From NCBI GenBank assembly GCA_048939015.1, contig JBHLPW010000083.1:1-17395 (forward strand): a DNA stretch of 17,395 nt, read 5' to 3'. This document shows, one piece after another, positions 1 to 8,076 of this stretch. How positions within the stretch are numbered: the stretch's first letter is position 1; the number at the start of each line of letters is the position of its first letter. The notes beneath the pieces were generated by a model that searched no databases, was not told the DNA's origin, and saw only the letters and a list, made by a program, of their open reading frames with translations. The DNA is from Promethearchaeota archaeon (GTDB taxonomy: Archaea; Asgardarchaeota; Lokiarchaeia; Sigyniarchaeales; SOKP01). The translations under genes and the position numbers were made by a program.

Positions 1-1
1 A

Positions 2-625
2 CTAGTCCATATGCAAAAAGTTCTTGAGTGTGTGGTTGAATATGAAAAAGCAGTATCTTATCTTATTGACGAAAAGAACATTGACCTTGCATTAAAAGTA
101 TTTTTTCGTGTTGATGAGGTTGAACATCAAGCAGATGGAATACGTCGGAATATATTAAATATGCTTTCAAAGGCGGAAATTGCTCCTACAATACGAGAAA
201 ATTTGATACATCTTACCCAAAGAATTGATGATATTGCAAATGCAGCTAATGCCGGAGCACGAATATTTATATATATGAATCATACCGACTTTTTGAAATT
301 GGATGAAGAAGTTCATAAAAAATTCTTAGAAATGGCAAGGCTCTCCGTAGATTCAGTTAAGAAAGTCAATATTATGGTTAATAAATTATTGACTGCTACT
401 GAAGAGGAGATCCATCAATTAGGTGAAGAAATTAATATATTAGAACATAAATGTGATGAATTACGTCATGGAATAAATAGAATACTAGTATCAAATAATC
501 CGGATATTAATCCTTTTAGTGCTATTGAAATTCATAACTGTGTTTCTACTTTAGAAGCAGTAACCGATAATGCTGAAGATGTTGCTGATTACATAATCAT
601 GTTGACAGTAGCTAAAAAAACTTAA
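2..625 (+). CDS. DUF47 / PhoU-like phosphate transport regulator (5'-truncated by the window edge)
   Basis: Two PhoU-type repeats with acidic motifs (EVEHQADGIRR, RIDDIAN, LEHKCDELR, LEAVTDNAEDVADYI). The frame is open back to base 2 (LVH-MQKV), which aligns with internal IKH-AQKV of the paralog at 2674, so the ATG at 11 is probably not the true start. Confidence 0.88.
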   Translation, partial: LVHMQKVLECVVEYEKAVSYLIDEKNIDLALKVFFRVDEVEHQADGIRRNILNMLSKAEIAPTIRENLIHLTQRIDDIANAANAGARIFIYMNHTDFLKLDEEVHKKFLEMARLSVDSVKKVNIMVNKLLTATEEEIHQLGEEINILEHKCDELRHGINRILVSNNPDINPFSAIEIHNCVSTLEAVTDNAEDVADYIIMLTVAKKT

Positions 626-812
626 AGAAAAATTAAAGCATAGAAAGTGGTCTTTTAATAATTTTCAATTTAATTATTTACTTATTCTTTTCCATCAAAT
701 TGATTTACTTCTATTAGGAACATAACTAACAATATTTGTACTATATTAAGGAATATAAATTCTATTACATCTAGGCTATATTTAGAGATTAATAATTCAG
801 CAAATAAATTAA

Positions 813-857
813 TCTATATATAGAAAATTAATAGAAAATATATAATACTATATAGAA
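813..857. promoter_or_regulatory. Candidate phosphate-regulator sites (core palindromes) upstream of the DUF47-like/PiT operon
   Basis: Perfect palindrome TCTATATATAGA at 813-824 and CTATATAGAA at 848-857. Same core as the sites at 2634, 7935 and 9089. Confidence 0.55.
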
Positions 858-880
858 TTAAAAATGGAATATTTTTACAA

Positions 881-1543
881 ATGAAAAAGGTTGAGGATGA
901 CGATTTAAAGAAGCTTAGCATTGATGAGTTGACTCAATTATTCATGGACAATATAAATGAACAAAATTTGAGACTTATAGAAGGGATTGAATTTCTTGTT
1001 AAAGAGGATTTTAAAAAATTTAAGGAAAATATGAATTATGTCATAGAAACTAATACAGAGGTTCTAATAAAAAAAAAATTTGAATCGAAAATATTCAAAT
1101 CAAAATTAATGTTTTCAAAAGCAGACAGATTAAAGTTGTTCAATAAAATGAACGAGATTAAGAATATTGGGGAATTTTTAGCTAATAAGATGCTTCTTTA
1201 TAAAGCTGTTTTCCCTGATGAAGTATTTAAAGCTCAAATTTTAAGCATCCTTAAATCATTAAAAAATATTTCCAACAATTTATCAGATGCTGTTAAAAGT
1301 ATTGGTACAGATCTCGGTAAATCTCGTGATATTTGTGAAGATATTAAAGATGAGCGCCGAAAGATGAGAAGTGAGGAATGGAAATTATTAAATCGTCTCT
1401 ATAATTATGATATGGACTATTTATCTCGTACATTCATATATCTGAAAGAATTGATTGAGGATATAATGATGCTAGCAGATCATATTAAGAATTTCTCAGA
1501 AAGTATCCAGTTTCTTGCTACTAAATATCTAATTTTTGATTAA
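881..1543 (+). CDS. Divergent DUF47/PhoU-fold protein
   Basis: 220 aa with an all-helical pattern. ADRLKLFNKMNEI and YLKELIEDIMMLADHIKNFSESI match DUF47 helix patterns, but most acidic motifs are degenerate. It ends 22 bp upstream of pit. Confidence 0.65.
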   Translation: MKKVEDDDLKKLSIDELTQLFMDNINEQNLRLIEGIEFLVKEDFKKFKENMNYVIETNTEVLIKKKFESKIFKSKLMFSKADRLKLFNKMNEIKNIGEFLANKMLLYKAVFPDEVFKAQILSILKSLKNISNNLSDAVKSIGTDLGKSRDICEDIKDERRKMRSEEWKLLNRLYNYDMDYLSRTFIYLKELIEDIMMLADHIKNFSESIQFLATKYLIFD

Positions 1544-1565
1544 ATTATTATAAGTCAATAAAATA

Positions 1566-2603
1566 ATGGCTGAAGAATTAACAATAATCCTAGTTATAGT
1601 TTTAATAGCTATGGCTATTGGTTTAGCGTTTAGTATTGGTGCAAATGATGAAACTCTTGCTTCATTAGTCGGAGCTGGTGTATTAAAGTTCAAAATTGCT
1701 CTGATTCTGGGTGGTGTCGCAATCTGTAGTGGCATGATACTTTTTAGTGGAGGTTTTGTCCCAGAAACCGTTGGTAAAAGCCTATTGGGTGAAGGCTTAG
1801 AAGAACAGTACACCAACTACATGCTATTAACTGTATTAATAAGCAGTATTATATGGTTAGTAGTTGGGAGTTTTGCTGGTATTCCTTTAAGTAGCACTCA
1901 TTCATTAATTGGAAGCATTGTCGGGGTTGTTATTATTTACTCAATCTCTCAAGGTGGGGTAGAACTCAGTACAGCATTCAATTATGAGAAGCTAAGAGAT
2001 GTCGTTTTGAGCTGGTTTATATCTCCTATATCTGGTTTATTAATTACATATATACTTTTTAAAATTATTGCTAAAGTTTTTCTATCTCGCCTAAGAGGTC
2101 TAAATCAAATAGAAAAATCTGAGAAAAACTTTAAATGGTTTTTATTAATTGCTGTTTTATTTGCTGAAATTTGGGTTGGAGCTAATTCAGGAGAAGCTGT
2201 TGGGATTCTTTTAGGTCTTAGGGAGAATAATTCTATAACTGGAGGTCAATATCTTATTTTTGCAGTATTAAGTGGTTTTTTTTCTTTTCTAGGAATTTAT
2301 TTCGCAGCGCGTTATGTAATTAGAAATCTAGCCTCACACATGATAGGTACTCGTCCGAGTGAAGGTTTCATTATTCAGATGAGTTCTGCGATTATTTTAA
2401 TGATCGCCACATTATTTGCTTTACCAATTTCTCATAGCCATGTAATTGTTTTCTGCATAGTTGGTATGAGTCTTGCACAAAAAAAAGAAGTTGATTATAA
2501 AGGTTTAGGTAAAATGGCCATTTATTGGGTGTTAACCTTTCCAATAGCTGCGTTTTTGGCCGGATTTATTTATTTTGGATTAAATATGTTTGGATTTTCT
2601 TAA
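1566..2603 (+). CDS. pit: Inorganic phosphate transporter, PiT (PHO4) family
   Basis: Polytopic hydrophobic protein with PiT signatures IGAND, V..TVGK, GIPLSSTHSLIG, a second repeat GANS and LPISHSH, and C-terminal WVLTFP. Flanked by DUF47 genes. Confidence 0.92.
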   Translation: MAEELTIILVIVLIAMAIGLAFSIGANDETLASLVGAGVLKFKIALILGGVAICSGMILFSGGFVPETVGKSLLGEGLEEQYTNYMLLTVLISSIIWLVVGSFAGIPLSSTHSLIGSIVGVVIIYSISQGGVELSTAFNYEKLRDVVLSWFISPISGLLITYILFKIIAKVFLSRLRGLNQIEKSEKNFKWFLLIAVLFAEIWVGANSGEAVGILLGLRENNSITGGQYLIFAVLSGFFSFLGIYFAARYVIRNLASHMIGTRPSEGFIIQMSSAIILMIATLFALPISHSHVIVFCIVGMSLAQKKEVDYKGLGKMAIYWVLTFPIAAFLAGFIYFGLNMFGFS

Positions 2604-2633
2604 TAAAGATTTTATAATAAAAAGATATATATT

Positions 2634-2652
2634 TCTATATATTCTATATAGT
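2634..2652. promoter_or_regulatory. Candidate operator TCTATATA-TTC-TATATAGT
   Basis: Bases 2634-2651 are identical over 18 bp to 9089-9106. The site is 21 bp before the ATG at 2674 and downstream of a TATA-like TTTATAAT (2611-2618). Confidence 0.7.
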
Positions 2653-2673
2653 GTATAAGAAATATTATCGAAA

Positions 2674-3369
2674 ATGGTTGATGAAATGGGTACATTGATT
2701 GAATATTTGAAAAGAGAAACTGCTTTAAATGCCTTAGAAAAAGCTATAAAACACGCTCAAAAAGTGCAAGAATGTGTAAAAGAGTTAGATCTTGGACTTC
2801 AAATTTTATTAAAAGAAAGGAATCTCGAAAAATCATATGAGACTTTTCATAAAGTTGACGTTTTAGAGAGAGATGCTGATAGATTAAGAAGAAAAATACA
2901 ACAAGATATTTCTAGAGGAGAATTGGATCCTAGCGTAAGGCAGAATCTTTCTCATTTAGTTAAAAGAATGGATGACGTCGCAAATTGTTGCACTGGCGTT
3001 GCTCGTAGAATCGCTACAATACCAGATAAGTTTTGGGACCAAAGCAGTGAGGAAACACTAAATTTGATCAGTCAGATAATGAAAACAACAGTAGATTGTG
3101 GTCAATTCTTGGATAAAATTGTAATAGATTTAGTAGAAGATAGGAAAAATGTTAAAGAAATAGCTAGACAAATAAATGAACATGAACATAAAGTCGACCT
3201 AATGAATATTCAATTAAGAAAAAGCCTTCAAGACACTCATTATGATGTCAATTTTTTCACTATTTTTACAGCAGGAAATACATTTGACATTTTGGAGGCA
3301 ATTTCTGATTCAATTGAAGGTGTTGCAGATTATATCATGGTTCTACTGACTAGTGAAAAAGGGATCTGA
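2674..3369 (+). CDS. DUF47 / PhoU-like phosphate transport regulator
   Basis: Motifs LERDADRLRR, RMDDVAN, HEHKVD and LEAISDSIEGVADYI. Colinear paralog of the ORF at 2-625, directly after pit. Confidence 0.9.
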   Translation: MVDEMGTLIEYLKRETALNALEKAIKHAQKVQECVKELDLGLQILLKERNLEKSYETFHKVDVLERDADRLRRKIQQDISRGELDPSVRQNLSHLVKRMDDVANCCTGVARRIATIPDKFWDQSSEETLNLISQIMKTTVDCGQFLDKIVIDLVEDRKNVKEIARQINEHEHKVDLMNIQLRKSLQDTHYDVNFFTIFTAGNTFDILEAISDSIEGVADYIMVLLTSEKGI

Positions 3370-3504
3370 AAGTACTTTGATTCTTTTATTTTAAAAAATC
3401 ATCAAGATTTCTTCAATTTACTTAAAAAATTTATCTTAAACTATTTTAACCATTTATAATGCTTCTTTCTATTTCATTTAGCAGAAAATGAATTATTAGA
3501 GGAT

Positions 3505-4122
3505 TTAAGGATTTCTTAATAGTTTTTGTTTTTTTACATTTTCTTTTATAAGAATAATTGCTTCCTCTCTAGCTTTCAATATAGTTCTCTCTTTAATCCC
3601 TTTCATTTCTTTAGAGGGTAAAACTTTTTCCTTAATCACTTTTTTAAAGAGTAAATATTCATTTTTAGTTGTAATAAAGGGGTCGACCTTCTCCTCATGA
3701 ATAAATTCTTCTATAGAGGTATTTTTGCCATTACAGTTCCCTTCAGTCAGATCGAAATAGTTATCTTTATATACTAAAAAGCAATGTATCATTGGTACAT
3801 AAGGAATTTTATATTTTTTCAAAATTCTTTCAGTGCCAGTTGAGATTTCTTCAGTAAATTTATAAACTCCAACATGTTTAAAAAGCGGAATATTTAATTC
3901 TTCAGCTAAACCAGCAATGACAGCATGTTTAGAAGTACAACTTCCCTTTTTTTCTTTAAAAAAGATAAATTTATCATCATAGTTAGTGTTGTATCCATAT
4001 TCAATATCATGTACATAATTACATGCATCCTTGAAATTTTTAATACCAAGTTCCAAGAATTTATTCGATATATCACCAACAGGTTTAATTTCTGCGTCTG
4101 GTAATTTACTATATGAATCCAT
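3505..4122 (-). CDS. Hypothetical protein with a transglutaminase-like (papain-fold) Cys-His-Asp pattern
   Basis: GSC62TSKH followed by a helix ending ELNIP, then H113 (MIHCFL) and D124 (YFDLT). The order and spacing are typical of the transglutaminase-like superfamily. Confidence 0.6.
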   Translation of the reverse strand: MDSYSKLPDAEIKPVGDISNKFLELGIKNFKDACNYVHDIEYGYNTNYDDKFIFFKEKKGSCTSKHAVIAGLAEELNIPLFKHVGVYKFTEEISTGTERILKKYKIPYVPMIHCFLVYKDNYFDLTEGNCNGKNTSIEEFIHEEKVDPFITTKNEYLLFKKVIKEKVLPSKEMKGIKERTILKAREEAIILIKENVKKQKLLRNP

Positions 4123-4222
4123 GAAAATCTTCCTAGATTATTTAATTATGTTTTACATTTATCACTAAATTATTGTTTATAAAAGTTCCTTCTTACTTTT
4201 ATAATAAGAATGTATAATTTTT

Positions 4223-4876
4223 TCATGTAATCTCTTTATGTTCACCAGTAACCATATAATGTACTTTTTCAGCGATTTTACAGGCATTGTCACCACTCCT
4301 TTCTAAAAATCTTGCTATCATGGCAAAAAAGGCGCATGGAGTAATAGTCTTTGGGTCCTCCATCATATATGTTAAACATTCTCTAAATATTGACCATCTC
4401 ATTTCGTCAATTTCGTCATCCCGCTGCTGAAAATTCTCTATGTACTTTATATCAGCTTCATCAAAAGCTTTAAGTGCATCCTGGATCATTGATTTTGCAT
4501 GCTCCCACATATGTTGCAAGTTAATAAATGGAGCTGGATATGGTTGTTTTTTTGAGATTTCTTCCACAACTGAAGCAATATCTTTCCCATATCTCCCTAT
4601 TCTTGCTAGATAGGTGATCATCTTTAAAATTGTTGCTAATCTTCTGAGATCAATTGCCATGGGTTGATAAAGGGCTATTAATTTCAATGCTTTTGCCTCG
4701 ATATTAGCATCCAATTCTCTTATTTTATGTTTCTTTTCCTCTATAGCTATAGCTAATTCTATATCTTGAGTTGCTAAAGCTTTCATAGAATCATCTAACA
4801 TTCCTAAAGCTAAATTAGCCATTTCAACAACTTCCTTTTTCAGTGCAAAAATCTCTTTATGTAATTCTTTTGCCAA
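4223..4876 (-). CDS. phoU: Phosphate signalling complex protein PhoU
   Basis: Motifs ALYQPMAIDLR, LARIGRY, RDDEIDE and ARFLERSGDNACKIAEKVHYMVTG. I place the start at TTG 4876 (MAKELHKEI) because AGGTG overlapping the pstB stop lies about 7 nt upstream; the ORF track start is 4894. Confidence 0.95.
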   Translation of the reverse strand: MAKELHKEIFALKKEVVEMANLALGMLDDSMKALATQDIELAIAIEEKKHKIRELDANIEAKALKLIALYQPMAIDLRRLATILKMITYLARIGRYGKDIASVVEEISKKQPYPAPFINLQHMWEHAKSMIQDALKAFDEADIKYIENFQQRDDEIDEMRWSIFRECLTYMMEDPKTITPCAFFAMIARFLERSGDNACKIAEKVHYMVTGEHKEIT

Positions 4877-4886
4877 TAAAATACAC

Positions 4887-5720
4887 CTATCCAAATCTTC
4901 CTGTAATATAATTTTCTGTTAATTCTTCCTTTGGGTTTTCAAATATTTGAGTAGTCCTACCAAATTCTATCATTTTTCCTAAATACATGAATCCTGTATA
5001 ATCACTAATCCTTGCTGCTTGTTGCATATTATGGGTCACAATAATTACAGTCCATTCTTTCTTTAATTCAAGTATCAATTCCTCAATTTTTTGCGTAGCA
5101 ATTGGATCAAGAGAAGCAGTTGGTTCATCCATTAGAAGAATTTCAGGTTCAACAGCTAAAGCCCTTGCTATACATAATCTTTGTTGTTGACCTCCAGATA
5201 ATCCCATGGCAGACTCATCTAATCTATCCTTAACTTCATCCCATAGAACTGCTCTTTTTAGACTCTTTTCCGAAATTTCGCTTAAAATATGCTCATCATC
5301 TATTTTATAAATTTTTGGACCATATGTAATGTTATCAAAAATAGTCATTGGAAACGGATTAGGTTTCTGAAAAATCATTCCAATTTTCTTTCTATTCAAT
5401 CTTATATCGGCATCTTTTGCATATAAATTCTTACCTTTAAATAGTACTTCACCTTCAATCTTACATCCCTCAATTACATCATTCATTCGATTCAAGCATC
5501 TTAATAATGTACTTTTTCCACATCCAGAGGGTCCTATAATAGCAGTAACTTCTTTTTTTTTAAATTTCATATTTATATCTATTAAAGCTTGAGTTTCATC
5601 GTACCAAAGATTCAAATTCTTACATTCAATTACAAAATCATTTTTGTATGCGCTTGAATCATTCAATCCATTCCTTTTTTCAATTTTTGTTTTATTACTA
5701 TTTTTTATTTTTATAACCAA
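4887..5720 (-). CDS. pstB: Phosphate ABC transporter ATP-binding protein PstB
   Basis: Walker [40 protein letters not shown], Walker [17 protein letters not shown] and C-terminal YITGRFG. TTG start preceded by SD-like GGTGAT. Confidence 0.98.
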   Translation of the reverse strand: MVIKIKNSNKTKIEKRNGLNDSSAYKNDFVIECKNLNLWYDETQALIDINMKFKKKEVTAIIGPSGCGKSTLLRCLNRMNDVIEGCKIEGEVLFKGKNLYAKDADIRLNRKKIGMIFQKPNPFPMTIFDNITYGPKIYKIDDEHILSEISEKSLKRAVLWDEVKDRLDESAMGLSGGQQQRLCIARALAVEPEILLMDEPTASLDPIATQKIEELILELKKEWTVIIVTHNMQQAARISDYTGFMYLGKMIEFGRTTQIFENPKEELTENYITGRFG

Positions 5721-5726
5721 GCAATA

Positions 5727-7835
5727 TCACCATTGCTTTCTTTTTTCGTATCTATTTCTTATTATAAATGCTATTCCATAAATTATCAATACTAATAATA
5801 ATAAAGTAAGAGCTGTACCTGCAGCTTCTTCTACTGAGAATAATGCTTCAGTAAGTAATCTATATAAATGATATGTTAGAGCCATTACAGGCTCAAAAAC
5901 GGACATAGTTATCCACCATCTTGAAGTTGTTCTGACAGCAGTAAACATTATAGGTGCTGTCTCTCCAGCACTTCGTCCCATTCCTAAGACTGCTCCAGTA
6001 ACTATACCCGGTAATGCGGCTGGTAATACAATTTTACTAATTCCTTGCCATTTACTTGATCCTAAGGCTAAGCTACCCTTTCTGAACGATTGAGGAATTG
6101 CTTTAACAGCTTCTTCTGTAGTTCTTATTATTGTTGGGAGTATCATTAACCCTAGAGTTAACATGCCTGCTAATAATGATTTCATGAGTCCTAAGAGAAC
6201 CAGAAAAAGAACAACTCCAAATAGCGCAAAAACAATTGAAGGAGTACCATTTAAATTATCAATTCCAGCACGTATAATTTTTGTAATTTTATTATCAGTA
6301 GCATATTCAGAAAGATATATCCCTGCACACATACCAAGTGGTAAGGCAAAGGCAATAGAACCTACTGTAAGTTGAATAGTTCCTGTGATAGCAGGAAGTA
6401 TTCCACCTTCCATTGAAGTACCTGTAAGAAAATTTGGGCGAAATATAACAGGAAGCCCTCTAGCTATAATATAATACAATAACATACCCACAGAAATAAT
6501 TGCAACTGAAGAACATAGATAAATAATCACAAACCACATTTTTTCTTGACCTACAGAAGAAATACGTTTGAATATGAGTTTGATTCCAATAATTAGAGCA
6601 CATATTCCAATAGATAAAAATATTCCAATCCAAGTGCTAAGCACCCATCCGATAAACAATAAGATTACTCCATACAATATCCATTTTTTATAGTTTTTAG
6701 GAACTGTTTTATAAAGATATGCAGCTATACTTAATCCCGCACAAATTAATAGTCCAATTATTTTCGAAACAAAATCTGGAAATATAAGTAGCATTAAGCC
6801 AAAAAGAATTAAATTTATTACAATATGTTTATATTTTATAATTAAGTTGAAAATTGCGGTGCTTTTTAGTTTAGTGTACTTTTCTTTTGGTTTTTCACCA
6901 GTAAATTTTCTTTGAATCCTAGACAATATGACATTTGCAAAGGTATTAACAAAAAGTGTCATGATAAAAAGAGTAATTCCCAAAGCGAAATAACTCCTCC
7001 ATTCTATACTATTTGTCTCAGTTGGTCCTAATCCTAATCCTATAGTTGAAGTTATAACAGCTACACATGAGAACATATTTGTTATTGGTTCAGGAAGGAC
7101 CTTACAATTACCAATTACTAACATCATTGCCATTGTCTCTCCTAATGCTCGTCCAATACCAAGTATCATCGCGGCAGTAATACCTGACATACCAGCAGGA
7201 ACCACCACTCTACGTATTGTTTGCCATTTTGTTGCTCCCATTGCATAGGATGCCTCTCTATAATAATCTGGAACCGCTCTAATTGAATCTTCACAAACAG
7301 ATACAATTGTTGGCAGAGCCATTATAGCTAAAATTAATGAGCCAGATAACCATGTATTTCCATGATGTAAACCGAAAAAGTCTCTTATCCATCCATTCAA
7401 AACAACTAGTCCAAAGAAGCCATATACAATTGAAGGAATACCAGCAAGAATTTCAACGCTAAATTTCATAATCTTCCTAAGTTTTGGAGGTGCCAATTCT
7501 GCAATAAATATAGAAGTCATTAATCCTAAAGGTAAAGCGATGATAATAGCTCCTAAAGTAACTAAAAGAGTATCAACTATTATTGGTAAGGCTCCAAAAT
7601 CACCGTTTGTTGGTAACCAATTAGTACCAAAAAGAAAATCAATTAATGGAACTTCAGCAAAAAAAGGGCCTCCAATTGAAAACAAAAAAATTATTATTAA
7701 AAATACAAAAATAGTTGCAATAGATGCAATGAAAAATAGTATCCATTTTATTACCGGATCTCTATTTTTTTTTAAGAATGAATAATCTTCATCATTTATG
7801 TATAGATTATTTTGAAGAACTGTTTCAGTAGACAT
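5727..7835 (-). CDS. pstCA: Fused phosphate ABC transporter permease PstC-PstA
   Basis: The N-half is PstC-like (LAGIPSIVYGFFG, REASYAMGATKWQTI, GRALGETMA). The C-half is PstA-like (NLNGTPSIVFALFG, SLALGSSKWQ, GRSAGETAPI). They are joined without a stop by a roughly 125-aa hydrophobic linker. Confidence 0.95.
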   Translation of the reverse strand: MSTETVLQNNLYINDEDYSFLKKNRDPVIKWILFFIASIATIFVFLIIIFLFSIGGPFFAEVPLIDFLFGTNWLPTNGDFGALPIIVDTLLVTLGAIIIALPLGLMTSIFIAELAPPKLRKIMKFSVEILAGIPSIVYGFFGLVVLNGWIRDFFGLHHGNTWLSGSLILAIMALPTIVSVCEDSIRAVPDYYREASYAMGATKWQTIRRVVVPAGMSGITAAMILGIGRALGETMAMMLVIGNCKVLPEPITNMFSCVAVITSTIGLGLGPTETNSIEWRSYFALGITLFIMTLFVNTFANVILSRIQRKFTGEKPKEKYTKLKSTAIFNLIIKYKHIVINLILFGLMLLIFPDFVSKIIGLLICAGLSIAAYLYKTVPKNYKKWILYGVILLFIGWVLSTWIGIFLSIGICALIIGIKLIFKRISSVGQEKMWFVIIYLCSSVAIISVGMLLYYIIARGLPVIFRPNFLTGTSMEGGILPAITGTIQLTVGSIAFALPLGMCAGIYLSEYATDNKITKIIRAGIDNLNGTPSIVFALFGVVLFLVLLGLMKSLLAGMLTLGLMILPTIIRTTEEAVKAIPQSFRKGSLALGSSKWQGISKIVLPAALPGIVTGAVLGMGRSAGETAPIMFTAVRTTSRWWITMSVFEPVMALTYHLYRLLTEALFSVEEAAGTALTLLLLVLIIYGIAFIIRNRYEKRKQW

Positions 7836-7932
7836 AGAACTCTATTTAATTAAGGTGTAACACTCAATTTTTAAGCAAAAGAAATTTAGATTTTTTATAT
7901 TTATAATCATCATAGAATATAGTCGAATATTT

Positions 7933-7955
7933 ATTCTATATAAAATATATAGAAT
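7933..7955. promoter_or_regulatory. Candidate operator ATTCTATATA-AAA-TATATAGAAT upstream of pstCA
   Basis: Perfect 10-bp inverted repeat with a 3-bp spacer, matching TCTATATA-N3-TATATAGA exactly. Confidence 0.72.
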
Positions 7956-8036
7956 TAAGAAATGGTGTAGTTACCAGATTTCCTAAAATAAGCTAAGAAT
8001 TTATGTAGTATTAGTTTTAAATTTAATAAAAGATTT

Positions 8037-8047
8037 AAAAAAAAAAA
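8037..8047 (-). terminator. Oligo-T tract downstream of pstS (putative archaeal terminator)
   Basis: A11 on + equals T11 on -, about 30 bp after the pstS stop. Confidence 0.5.
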
Positions 8048-8076
8048 TTTAAAATTTTTACAATAAAATTAGAATT

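Noticed and set aside
1069-1078. A10 homopolymer in the DUF47-like ORF as a phase-variation or frameshift site
   Set aside because: The frame is intact (IKKKF) and A/T runs of 8-11 are common throughout this AT-rich window.
1529-1816. 95-aa minus-strand ORF
   Set aside because: Antisense shadow of pit with no recognisable motifs.
4741-4755. CTATAGCTATAGCTA short tandem palindrome
   Set aside because: It encodes the Ala-Ile-Ala-Ile stretch of PhoU and lacks the TATATA core.
5859-5866. Isolated TCTATATA half-site inside pstCA
   Set aside because: A single half-site explained by the codons for L-Y-R, with no partner at 9 bp. It shows that half-sites alone can occur by chance.
6163-7785. Plus-strand ORFs 6163-6375 and 7540-7785
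   Set aside because: Antisense to the well-supported pstCA.
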